From positions 22,477,683 through 22,541,361 of the forward strand of contig NC_068996.1 in the NCBI RefSeq assembly GCF_001194135.2: a stretch of 63,679 nucleotides of DNA, given 5' to 3'. Shown here piece by piece: positions 52,043 to 63,334 of the stretch. This DNA is from Octopus bimaculoides. Its lineage: Eukaryota. Positions within the stretch are counted from its first letter, which is position 1. Each line of letters begins with the position of its first letter. Both the position numbers and the translations under genes were made by a program. The notes below the pieces were generated by a model. The model saw only the letters and a program-made list of their open reading frames with translations, was not told the origin of the DNA and did no database searches.

Positions 52043-52380
52043 CCAGTCCTCAGTCAAATCGTCCAACCCATGCCAGCATGGAAAACAGACGTTAAACGAT
52101 GATGATTATAATGATCATCATCATCGTTTAACGTCCGCTTTCCATGCTAGCATGGGTTGGACGATTTGACTGAAGACTGGTGAAACCAGAAGGCTACACT
52201 AGGCTCCAATCTGATTTGGCAGAGTTTCTACAGCTGGATGCCCTTCCTAACGCCAACCACTCCGAGAGTGTAGTGGGTGCTTTTACGTTACACCGGCACA
52301 AAGGCCAGTCAGGCGGTACTGGCAACGACCACTCTCAAAAATGGTGTATTTTATGCGCCTCCCGCACAAGAACCAGTCCA
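52043..52380. repeat. Tail-to-tail pair of RTE-type tail repeats
   Basis: + copy 52043-52106 ends in (gat)3; - copy starts at (atc)4 at 52114 and runs to ~52380. Confidence 0.82.
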
Positions 52381-52409
52381 GGGGGGGGCTATATCTATAC
52401 ATCTATGTA

Positions 52410-52441
<32 letters not shown>

Positions 52442-52889
52442 CATACGTGTGTGTGTATATGCATGTGTATGTATGTATACAAGTGCATGCGTATATGTAT
52501 ACCTGTGTATGTGTACATGTATACCTGTGTGTGAATGTGTACACGTATACGTGTGTGTATGTGCATACATGTGTTTATGTATGTGTGTACATGTGTGTGT
52601 GTGTATGTATATGTATACACAAGGTTTCATGTCCATATTCTCTTTGTGGTCAATTTTCATCTGTTTTGTAAATTGTTTTCTCAACAGTTAGGCTATATTT
52701 CATATGCAATGAAATATTAAAAGAATAGTATGAGCTAAGGGAAATAATTTGGCTAGACTTCTGGTCTTTCTAGCACTCAAACATATGGCTATCATATGCA
52801 CACCAACATATGCTCATAAACTGGGGAGCAGACATGTTTAGAAATACACTGAATCAAGGGAAATAATTTAATGCACCTTTTATCTTCTT

Positions 52890-53250
52890 TCAGTCATTAG
52901 ACTGTGGCCATGCTGGGATACTACCTTGAGAAATTTTAGATGAATGAATTGATCCCAGTACTTTTTTTAAACCTGGTACCTCTTTTGCTGAACCACTAAA
53001 TTACAAGGATGTAAACACACCAACAACAGTTGTCAAGCAGTGGTTGAGGACAAACAGTCACAAAAGCACATACACACACATACACACATACACACACACA
53101 CCCACACACACCCATATGATTGGCTTCTTTCAGTTTCCATCTATCAGATCCTACTCACAAGGCTTTGGCCAGCCTGAGGCTATAAAAGAAGACACTTGCC
53201 TAAGGTGCCATGCAGTAGGATTGAACCCAGAAGCATGTAGTTGAGGAACA
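52890..53250 (-). mobile_element. Family-1 SINE, antisense
   Basis: tttcagtcattagactgtggccatgctgg...ctcacaaggctttggccagcctgaggctat...gaagacacttgcc is the reverse complement of the family-1 consensus. Confidence 0.78.
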
Positions 53251-53559
53251 ATATATGCACATGTGAGGTAAACTCATGCATATATGACTGCACTAAAAGG
53301 TATTCCTTTTAGTGCAGTCTTCTCTTGAAGGCATTTAATTCTGATCTCCAGTTTGAGGATATTATCCTGCTGTTCTTCCTATCTTTTAGACTTTATAAAA
53401 GGATAATTTCTACTGCTTCCATCTTAACCAGAAGATAAATGAGTGTGAGTGTGTATGTGTATGTGTGTGTGTGTGTGCTTGCAAGTGTCTGTATAGTATG
53501 TGATTGTATGTATTTGTGTGTGTGCCTCCCTCTTTCTTAAGTTCTCTTAATTTGGAATG

Positions 53560-54260
53560 TAGCAATCATCTTACATGTGTGTTATTCCATGCCAGTGCAG
53601 CCTACCACCTTGTGCATACCTGATTCCTCTTACGCCCAGTTTCCTCTCAGTTTATTTGTACTCTGTTAATGTTCATACATACTAACATTACACAGCCTTG
53701 GACATGCTTGTCTCATTTCTTTCTAAACTTCTCAACTCTTTTGCATTCAAAGCCTATGCCTTACTACCATGCAGCATAACAATTCTAATGCAAGCATAGT
53801 ACAATATAATCTTCACTCTGAGAGAAAAGAGCTTTATTGCCAACAGAGGTAATAATTCCATTGTGACTTCCTTCATAAGATACCACTTCAGATTTCTCTT
53901 CAACACTTTGTTCCAAGTCTTCCTCGGTTTCCCCTCTTCTACATGTTCAATTTTTCTTTGAATGTGCAACATTTTTTTATATAGTTATCTTTCATATGCA
54001 TCACATGCCCATACTAAAGTAGTCTTTTCACCTACACACTACACATGAATTCTTATATTCAGTTTTTCTCTGAGCCCAGTTGTGCCTCAATGTTCATACA
54101 CACTAATGTTACAAATCCTGTAGGCATGCTCACTTTATTTCTCACTTTGTAAGGCCCATATTTCACTACCGTTCAACATTGCACTTCATACACAAGCATC
54201 ATGTAATCTGGCATTCACTCTGAGGAAAATACCACTTTTGTGCCAACAGTGCTTTCTACT
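53560..54260 (-). mobile_element. Two tandem RTE C-terminal fragments
   Basis: Minus strand gives LRVNARLHDACV*SAMLNGSEIWA...GKPRKTWNKV, then again FSLRVKIILYYACIRIVMLHGSKA. Confidence 0.65.
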
Positions 54261-54626
54261 ATGTTTTCTGAACAACTAACTCCATTTTACTCTTTTCTTT
54301 TTTCAAAATAAAACACATCTTGATGTTACAGGCCACCACCAGTCTCCCTTGATTCTCTTTTATAGATATGTGTGTGTGTGTGTGAGATAATCATTAGCAC
54401 ACTGATTTGGCAACATTTCTACTGGCTTTACATTCTGAGTTCAAATTCCACCAAGTTTGGCTTTGCCTTTTAACCTTTGAATATAGGTACCTCAAAATAA
54501 GTAACAGTTTAGCACTGGAGTTGATGTAATTGACCTCCCCCTCTCCACAAAATTATAAACCTTTTACCTATTGTAGAAAGAATAAATATGTGCGTGTGTG
54601 TAGATGTGTATGTACATGTATGTATA

Positions 54627-54990
54627 TATTGGGTTGGCCAAAACGTTCAGTTGCTTATTTCCTTTCTGCATGCAAACTTGTTAGATACCTGACACAATGC
54701 AAACTTGTTAGATACCTGACACAATGCAAACTTGCAATGAGACGAGTTGTATTATGTGCTTGGGATCACCCTGAAAATGAAGAACCAAAATGAACACTAT
54801 TGACACCTCATGCTTTATTTTTAAAAAGGCAAGAATGCAATGCAAACCTGCAGCAAGATATTTTCTGTGTATAGGGAGAATGCTGTTGCTGCTTTGGAAT
54901 ACATGTGCTAGAAGTGGTTTACAGGATTTCAATTGGGAAATTTTTCTGTTCAAGATGCACCTCACTCTGGCCAGCCAACAGAAATGAACA
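54627..54990 (+). mobile_element. 5' fragment of a mariner element (TIR and transposase N-terminus)
   Basis: TIR-like tattgggttggccaaaacgttc; translation MKNQNEHY*HLMLYF..KGKNA...KWFTGFQLGNFSVQDAPHSGQP. Contains a 27-bp tandem duplication at 54671-54734. Confidence 0.72.
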
Positions 54991-55019
54991 AAATGGAGTT
55001 AGTTGAGACCGACCTCAGT

Positions 55020-57200
55020 TATACAAGGATGATTGCATATATTCTCCAAATATCTTGAGTGTATTCCTGGTAGGTGACATCAACTTCCCCAACATCAGGT
55101 GGCCTGAGGGCAACATAAACTCAGGAATGACACACAACGAAATAAGCAGAATCTTTACTTGATCTTACGAAAATACTATTCATGGAGCAGATCATACTCT
55201 CTCCAACTAGGCATAAAAATATCCTACACTTCTGTTTTACAAACAATGTGGAAATTATCCATGTTGTGAATATATCACTGACAATATTCTCAGACCATAA
55301 CATGATGGAACTGACAATGTATGGCCTGGAATTAACTAAAGATAAACTCCGCACAGGTGACGCTCAAACACTATCCAGCCTAAATTTCTGTGAGGCTGAC
55401 TGGAAAAACTGATACTCCAGCAGGGCTGGCCTCTCTTTGCAAGACATAGATACAAAACTCAACAAATTCATGTCAATAATGCGAACCATATGCATTCAAT
55501 ATGTCCCAAAGAAGAGAGCCATTACACACAAAACATCATTCCCTGAGACAGAAGAATACTTATGAAGTTGAGAATAAAAATCTCGTTGAAATAAACACCT
55601 CAATGAGTGTGAAATCCCACTTGAAAGAGGAACTCTTTGAGATTGGAAATAAATTCACTCTCCCATGAAAAAGAAAGGGAAGAAAGAGAAACCTGGGCAG
55701 TTGAAAATATAAAACAAACTCCTAAAGCTTTCTACATGTTGGCAAAGGAATCTGCCTCAGTATGCTCTAAGATAGGGCCACCATTTGGTAAAAACGGCTT
55801 ACTAACTGCAGACCCAGGGAATATAAGTGAAGCACTAAAACAATTCCAAAGTGTTTTCACTTCTCCACTGGAAAATATGCAAATAAACAAGGATTTCTTC
55901 AATGTAATGAATCTATTTGAAAAAGAGGCAACCATCGATTACATCAACATAACAGAAGAGGATGTATTATTGGCTATTGATGAGATGAGATCAAACTCAG
56001 CAACAGGCTGTTCTCTTAAAGACATGTATGTAAAAAGGCTTTTGCAAAACCACTGCAGATACTTTTTCAGAGTTTCCTTGCATGTGGTAAACTTCCCAAC
56101 ATGCTAAAAGAGGGTATAATATGCACTGTCCTTAAAGGCGAGAGTAGAGCAGATGCTAAAAACTACAGGCCCATCTCTCTGACCTCACATGTTAGCAAGA
56201 TAATGGAATGCATTGTCAGAAAAAGGCTGATCATGTTCCTAGAAGAAAACAACCTTCTCACAAACACGCAACATGGCTTCCGTCCAGGGAGGATACTGAA
56301 ACAACAGCTAAACCAGTCAGATGTAGACGTGATATATCTTGACCTTGCCAAGGGCTTTGACAGAGTTGATCATGGAATGATATGTCACAAGCTACGAAAC
56401 TGGGAGAGTGGCTGCATAACTTCCTAAAGGGCAGGAATCAGACAGTTGTAGGCAATGGTGCTCACTCTGAAGAGACACCAATTCTCAGAGTCCCACAGGG
56501 AACTGTACTGGTGCCACTACTATTTCTGGTGGCCTCTCAGACATGCCTTCCATATACAGTCAGCCAATCTGACCAGCTATGCTGACAACACAAAAGTATT
56601 GCAGACAGTTAGGAACTCAGAGGACATCATAAAATTGCAGAAAGACCTGACTGATATATACAAATGGACTAACAAAAATAACATGCAGTTCAATGTTATG
56701 AAATTTCAGGCACTTCACTATTGGCCCAACACCAGGCTAAAATCAGAATACACTGGTCCAGAAGGTAATACAATCCCAGAGTCAGAGTTGGTGCATGACC
56801 TGGGGGTTAATATGAACAATGATGCAACATTCCATGTGCATATTACCAAGATGGCAACACTGTGCAGGTGAGTGGCTGGATGGATTCTGAGGGCATATAG
56901 AACCAGCAAAAGGGAGCCCCTGCTACACCTATGGGGGATTATCGTTCTCAGCCACTTAGACTGGGGAATTCTAAGTAATCCAGCACCACACAAAGAAGAT
57001 TGACTCGATGCAAAAGATGGGCTACTGGGAGGGACTAAAGGAGTTTAGCCTCTATTCCCTGAAGAAAAACAAGAGAGATATGCAGTGATATATATTTGGA
57101 AGATCTTGGAGGATTTAGCACCTAATTTTGGATTTGACTGCTATACCAATCCTCGAGCTGGACAGCACTTTATCATACCAAACATCCCATCTTCCCAATT
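55020..57200 (+). mobile_element. Degenerate CR1-clade LINE ORF2 (endonuclease C-terminus and RT)
   Basis: LVGDINFPNIRW, NYRPISLTSHVSKIME, QHGFRPGR, DVIYLDLAKGFDRVDH, VPQGTVLVPLLFLV, SYADNTK and DLGV, spread over frameshifted ORFs 55637-56871. Confidence 0.88.
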
Positions 57201-57214
57201 TAAAATAAGGACAC

Positions 57215-57381
57215 AGTACATATATCAATGGGTATATTTGTATAGGCAGATATATATATGTGTGTATAAATATATGAATGTATATATATATATGAATGTA
57301 TATATATATGAATATGTATATATGAATGTATATATGAATGTATATATATATGTATATATGAATGTATGTATATATGAATGT

Positions 57382-57412
<31 letters not shown>

Positions 57413-57548
57413 AACGTGTGTGTGTGTGTGTATATATGTGTGCGTATCTGTACATGTATGTGTATATGTATATGTCTATATATATGTGTATGCGTCTGAT
57501 CTATGCCAGCATGGAAAGTGGACTTAAAACGATGATGATATATGTATA

Positions 57549-57591
<43 letters not shown>

Positions 57592-57777
57592 GCGTGTGTG
57601 TATATGTATGTATGTGTGTATATGTATGTTTGTATATATATATGAGGAGAATTCACAAAAAAACAACAGATGAAGACAGGTGGTGTAGAAAACAAATAGA
57701 TGCATTAGTTTAACGCTTGGGAAGTGAAAAAGTCTTTAACGTTTCAAGCTTACGCTCTTCCACAGAAAGGAACACGT

Positions 57778-57811
<34 letters not shown>

Positions 57812-57837
57812 GCATATATATATATANNNNNNNNNNT

Positions 57838-57871
<34 letters not shown>

Positions 57872-57873
57872 GC

Positions 57874-57911
<38 letters not shown>

Positions 57912-58030
57912 ATATATATGTATGTGTGTATGTATGTATGTATATGTATGTGTGTATATATATATATGTATGTATAATTATGTATGTATGTGTATATATA
58001 TGTGTATGAATGTATATATATGTATATATG
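57215..58030. repeat. TA/TATG/TG compound microsatellite field with an embedded RTE tail (~57495-57540) and a ~130-bp element (~57645-57775)
   Basis: Read directly from the sequence. Confidence 0.85.
57734..57769 (-). ncRNA. Hammerhead-like motif with a non-canonical core (A6 replaced by U)
   Basis: Minus strand reads CTTT-CTGTGGA-A-GAGC-gtaa-GCTT-GAAA-CG-T-T-AAAG. Confidence 0.4.
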
Positions 58031-58790
58031 AGGTCATCCCATAAGTTCTGTCCGATTTTAACTTTTTTAAAATTGAATGAAATTTAATAGTATTTTAGAA
58101 TGTCTAATGGGATTAAGGATTATTTTTATGCATTTGTGTACATTTAAACTAATTAAATATTATTTTACAGAATAATAGAATTAGAATTTCTTTNNNNNNN
58201 NNNGTCCAGTTGAGTTTGATGATAAGCTCCTTGAGGCATTACTTGAAGAAAATCCTGCATTATCAGTTGAAGAATTGGCAATAAAGCTTAGTCCAAACCA
58301 TACAACTGTTCATCGTCATCTTCAACAACTTGGAAAGGTTCCTAAACTTGGAAAATGGGTACCACATGAATTGTCCGAAAGCAACTCATTTCACCCGTTT
58401 TGGATAGACTGGTGATGAAAAATGGATCTTCTATCGAAATGTTAAACGTCGTAAACAATGGCTTGGTAAAAGGGAAAAAGCTCAACCGCAACTGAGAAGG
58501 GAACTTTATGGGAAAAGGTTCTCTCTATCTGGTGGGATTGCAAAGGAGTAATTCACTTTGAATTGTTACCACCTAATGCAACAATCAATGCTCAAGTCTA
58601 CTGTCAGTAATTAGAGCGTTTGAACCAAGCTTTGAAGAAAAAAAACCAGCTTTAGTGAATCGAAAAGGAGTGATGTTTCATCAGGACAATGCACGACCCC
58701 ACACTGCAAAGATCACATCACAGAAGATCGAAGAGCTTTGTTGGAAAAAAATTCCTCATAATAGCCACTCACTCATTCAGTTGATTAACA
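58030..58790 (+). mobile_element. Degenerate mariner (DD34D-type) transposon
   Basis: TIR-like gaggtcatcccataagttctgtccgattt; KLGKWVPHELSE, TGDEKWIFY, IWWDCKGVIHFELL and FHQDNARPHTA. The third-Asp region is deleted; stops and frameshifts present. Confidence 0.9.
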
Positions 58791-59216
58791 AAATTTTCTC
58801 TCATTAAAAGGATTCAGTGTTACTATCATTGCAGTGTTTTCACTTGACATATACTTTGTTTACTACTATAAATTCCACTTCTCTAAACTTTCGATTGTAT
58901 TCTTCCCATATCTGTAACTGAACATAGCACTCACTTTTCATTTCCCATACCTAAAACCCACAAGTATTGCGGGTTTTTTTTTCTGGGCATTACTAACTAG
59001 CTTCCTATCAAACTCTAACCTTTAACTTTTGAACCTCAGTAAACCTTTTCATTTTCCATTTTTCTAATCTGAAAGGCCTTTATGGGAGTGAAAGAACAAA
59101 ACCGGTCTCTAGAGACAATAAACTCTATAAAATAGACTAACAATGATAATGTATTTGATAGATAAACTCAATATTTCTCACCTACATTCTAACAAATATT
59201 TTCTTTTCTTTTCCAG

Positions 59217-59389
59217 ACATTTGATCATCATTGTCCTTGGGTGAATAACTGTATTGGCAGAAGAAATTACAGATATTTCTTTCTTTTTTTGATTTCATTG
59301 ACAATTCATAAAATAAGTATATTTTCTTTATGTTTATTATATGTATTAGATCATAAAAAAGAGTTAGCCCAAGCTGGAAGTATTGTTGC
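59217..59389 (+). CDS. ZDHHC8: ZDHHC5/8 internal exon C (catalytic DHHC motif and TM3)
   Basis: Acceptor ttcttttcttttccag|; 173 nt. Encodes [57 protein letters not shown] plus GC, in frame with exon B. Absent from the ORF track. Ends at the U12 donor GTATCCTTT. Confidence 0.95.
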
Positions 59390-60048
59390 GTATCCTTTTC
59401 TGGAAAAAATATTGCATTAATGAAAATTGTGCTTTTAATGTAACATAATGTATGTCTTTTGAATTTTGATATCTTGATTTTTAAAATAATTGCGCCACTA
59501 AAAGAGCTGATTTTAGGAGGAACTTGTGGATGTGAAAGACTGTTTCAAAAGAGTCCTGTTCAACCCATGCCAGCATGGAAAAGCAATAGATGATAGCAAC
59601 ATTCTTAGCAGAAATAGAGCAAGCATTATTATCATAATCATTACTTTCTTCTTTGGTTTAACATAAACTTTTTTTTCTTTGTATTGCTTAGGTAAGGCAG
59701 AGATATGCATGAAATTTTGTGATTTCATGCACAATGCACTGTCAAACCATACACCTACTATTTTTGTCATAAGAAAAAAGTATTATCAATAGTATATGCA
59801 AAAATTACCTGTTTCAGTGAATGTTTAATGTCGAGGTAGATGCACACTGAGAATTTCTGACAAATTTTGGAGGGTTTGTAGAAGCCATAAGCATTGTTCC
59901 TTCAAACTCAATAAATCTATAAATAAACCATATATACTTTCTCTCCAGTCCCTTTTTTAAAATTCACAAATTTTACTCTTATATCAGCTGGTGTCTAATG
60001 TCCAGGCATTCTCTCAGTCCACCTCTTCTCCACTTTCTACATAACTTC

Positions 60049-60088
<40 letters not shown>

Positions 60089-60791
60089 NNNNNNNNNNNN
60101 NNNNNNNNNNNNNNNNNNNNNNNNNNNNNNNNNNNNNNNNNNNNNNNNNNNNNNNNNNNNNNNNNNNNNNNNNNNNNNNNNNNNNNNNNNNNNNNNNNNN
60201 NNNNNNNNNNNNNNNNNNNNNNNNNNNNNNNNNNNNNNNNNNNNNNNNNNNNNNNNNNNNNNNNNNNNNNNNNNNNNNNNNNNNNNNNNNNNNNNNNNNN
60301 NNNNNNNNNNNNNNNNNNNNNNNNNNNNNNNNNNNNNNNNNNNNNNNNNNNNNNNNNNNNNNNNNNNNNNNNNNNNNNNNNNNNNNNNNNNNNNNNNNNN
60401 NNNNNNNNNNNNNNNNNNNNNNNNNNNNNNNNNNNNNNNNNNNNNNNNNNNNNNNNNNNNNNNNNNNNNNNNNNNNNNNNNNNNNNNNNNNNNNNNNNNN
60501 NNNNNNNNNNNNNNNNNNNNNNNNNNNNNNNNNNNNNNNNNNNNNNNNNNNNNNNNNNNNNNNNNNNNNNNNNNNNNNNNNNNNNNNNNNNNNNNNNNNN
60601 NNNNNNNNNNNNNNNNNNNNNNNNNNNNNNNNNNNNNNNNNNNNNNNNNNNNNNNNNNNNNNNNNNNNNNNNNNNNNNNNNNNNNNNNNNNNNNNNNNNN
60701 NNNNNNNNNNNNNNNNNNNNNNNNNNNNNNNNNNNNNNNNNNNNNNNNNNNNNNNNNNNNNNNNNNNNNNNNNNNNNNNNNNNNNNNNNNN

Positions 60792-60822
<31 letters not shown>

Positions 60823-60920
60823 GAAGTTATGTAGAAAGTGGAAAAGAGGTGCACACACATACACAAGTGAGTGAATAAATGAAAGAAGGGCACTCAACAC
60901 ATTTATTGGGAGTTACATAT

Positions 60921-61084
60921 ATGGATCAAAACAGTTTGATTCAAATTCATTGGTACTTAAAGTTTCAAAGCATGATGCTTATCCTTAGTCACTGGAAATT
61001 TGAATTTTCCCAATGGCTGAGGATAAACATCACACTTTGAAACTTTGAGTACCAAGGAATTTTAATCAAACTGTTTTGATTCAT
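60921..61084. repeat. 164-bp near-perfect foldback (about 78-bp arms, ~7-nt loop)
   Basis: atggatcaaaacagtttgattcaaattcattggtac... pairs with ...gtaccaaggaattttaatcaaactgttttgattcat. Confidence 0.88.
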
Positions 61085-61116
61085 TTATATATCTATATCT
61101 ATATATATAATGTATA

Positions 61117-61290
61117 TATCATCATTTAATGTCCGTTTTCCATGGTGGCATGGTTTGAATGGTTTAATAGGGTCTGGCTGCATGAAGCTCCAATATCAGC
61201 TTTGGCGTTTCTATTGCTGGATGCCCTTTCTAATGCCAACTACTTGCTTTTTCCATACCACTGGCACTAGTGAGGTTGCCAAATAATTAG
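61117..61290 (-). repeat. RTE-type tail repeat inside the U12 intron
   Basis: atcatcatttaatgtccgttttccatggtggcatgg...ggatgccctttctaatgccaac. Confidence 0.68.
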
Positions 61291-62624
61291 TAAGATGTGT
61301 GTATATATACACACACACTCACACACCTCTTGTCTCTTCATCCTCCACAGATTTTCCACACTCAGCATACCATGTCTCATTACCATGTTGCATCACAATT
61401 CTTTAACTTAGTTCATAGGACATTTTATACACAAAAAAAAAGAGAAATTCTGTTACAAACTTCTACCTTTTCTTTACTCTAGCTACTATATAATAGTAAC
61501 CGTTCATTAAAATTGTCTCATAGTAAACAGGTTACCATGGTAACAGATTATGACCTCCCTTAATTAAGTGGGTGTCTATACTGCTAACTACATCTATTTA
61601 CATTTGTTTCCTCGCCCAGCAAGAGATCCTACTCTAGCTTTTAGTGTACCTTTTGCTCATAAGGATAAGTTATAGTGAGTCTTTCTTTTATCCCATTTAT
61701 AAATATCTATGAGGACCACTTCACAGTTAGTGAAATTTAATGTTTTCACTTTGTCTCTAGCAAACATTTCTAGCTTTGGAAAATTTTCTGTAGATCCTTG
61801 GTAAATTACATTGAGAACCAGTTCATTGGTATATAAATAAGTGTTCAAAGACAGCATGTTCTTAACTCCTGTATTATTGCCCCATTCTCATTGTTTGTAG
61901 CCCATAATAGCTATGTTCATTCATAAAATCTCTAGAAAATACTGTAAACTAAATTCATGTCACTGAAATTAATATTCGTTTTAGTTATAACCTGTAATCA
62001 GATTATAGTCAAAACAAACAATGAAATAGATTCTTAGATAACATTGTTATTTGTAAAAATATTTACATTGATTCTTATATAACGTTTTTATTAGTAAAAC
62101 TGTTTACACTGATGTTTGTTTGGCTGCTTATAGTGTGTCATTTCCTCATAACTGTTAACATTATCCACAAAAAAAAAAAATGAAAATGAGTGTTCCAGAA
62201 GTTTTGAGCTTGACTGTAAAATAAAAATGAAATGTATTCTTTTGTTGCTGTTATGTGTTTTAAATTTGTTGTCAGGTTCAAAACTGTTGGAACATCTGTG
62301 TGTGTGTATTCAAAGCTAAGCTAAACAAAGATTTCATTTTAGTACCTAGCCTAATCCTAGATTAAAATAATTCACCTGAAGACAAGTGAATTTAGCGTAT
62401 CAAAATCTGTTTGCATTGATTGTAAAGAAAATATTTAACAATTAATTAAACATCAGTATTAACATTTCATATTAAAAACAATCATGAGTTATTATTTTCT
62501 TAAAATATTTCATGGATACTGTATAAAGTATGCTTTTAAGCTTACTTTTTTCCTTCCAAAAAATGCACCTTGTGTACATATATGTGTGTGTGAATGTATA
62601 TATACATATGTATGAAATTGATTT

Positions 62625-62633
62625 TTCCTTAAC
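62625..62633 (+). promoter_or_regulatory. U12 branch-point sequence
   Basis: Exact TTCCTTAAC consensus; the two As at 62631-62632 lie 10-11 nt from the end of the intron. Confidence 0.9.
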
Positions 62634-62642
62634 CACATTCAG

Positions 62643-62745
62643 TTTTATTGTAATGGTTATTATTGGTATATTAATTATTCCGGTTGCTGGTCTTACTGGT
62701 TTCCATACAGTTCTGGTTGCTAGGGGAAGAACAACTAATGAGCAA
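62643..62745 (+). CDS. ZDHHC8: ZDHHC5/8 internal exon D (TM4 and TTxE motif)
   Basis: 103 nt; gc|t completes Ala. Encodes [34 protein letters not shown], followed by donor |gtaagt at 62746. Confidence 0.95.
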
Positions 62746-62834
62746 GTAAGTGTTTTTTTTTTTGTATTTTATTTGTTTTGACCTTTGTAATTTTTAAATT
62801 GGATGTTAACATTATTTTGCTCAGTGCTACACTC

Positions 62835-63030
62835 ATCATTATCATTTAACATCCATTTTCCATGCTGACATGGATTGGATAGTTTAGCAGGAACAGGAAA
62901 GTCAAAAGATTACAAGCAACTCTGGTGTTCATTTTGGCATGGCTTCTATGGCTAGATGCCCTTCCTAATGCTAACCACTGGGTGCTTTTTACATGACAGT
63001 AGCAGCAGTGAAGTCACCAAATAATTTGCA
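62835..63030 (-). repeat. RTE-type tail repeat
   Basis: catcattatcatttaacatccattttccatgctgacatggattgga...gatgcccttcctaatgctaaccac. Confidence 0.68.
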
Positions 63031-63334
63031 GGAAGTGCTCCTAAGGGCAACCTGTTTTAACTTGCTCAGTTATGGCCTAGAGAACTATGATAAATGAGAG
63101 GGATCTGAGAACCAATGCTTGGTGAACTCCTACCTGCACATTAAATTAGTCTCTGTGCTAAATACTGACTTTAACATTATTAACAGCATTCCTGTACATT
63201 GCTTGGACAGCTCTCACCAACCACTCGTCTACCCACTAGCTTCTGCATGGACCACCAGAGTGAGGGACTCTGTCAAGGTTTTCTCTATGTCAACAGTAGT
63301 TTATTGTTTGCTAAGTAGTTTATTGTTTGCTATA

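Larger units (their letters stand above)
59390..62642 (+). other. U12-type (minor spliceosome) GT-AG intron, 3253 nt including an N gap
   Basis: 5' site GTATCCTTT at 59390-59398, branch site TTCCTTAAC at 62625-62633, terminal CAG at 62640-62642, no polypyrimidine tract. Splicing at these sites preserves the reading frame. Confidence 0.93.

Noticed and set aside
55637-56871. Possible functional reverse transcriptase gene
   Set aside because: Split over several frames with stops, and the catalytic motif reads YADN; a dead CR1 copy.
57085-58044. Tyr/Ile/His/Val-rich ORFs (also 51483-52720)
   Set aside because: Translations of dinucleotide and tetranucleotide microsatellites.
58204-58790. Possible active or domesticated mariner transposase
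   Set aside because: In-frame stop, frameshifts and loss of the third catalytic Asp region.
59979-60900. 278-304-aa ORFs
   Set aside because: They span the 60089-60791 gap and (TA)n arrays.
62366-62395. ctgaaga-containing hairpin as a third hammerhead
   Set aside because: No stem II followed by GAAA; just a short AT-rich inverted repeat.
62530-62642. ATG-initiated 5' extension of exon D (ORF 62530-62781); likewise the ORF-track starts at 24808 and 42651
   Set aside because: Intronic read-through; similarity to ZDHHC5/8 begins only at the splice acceptors.
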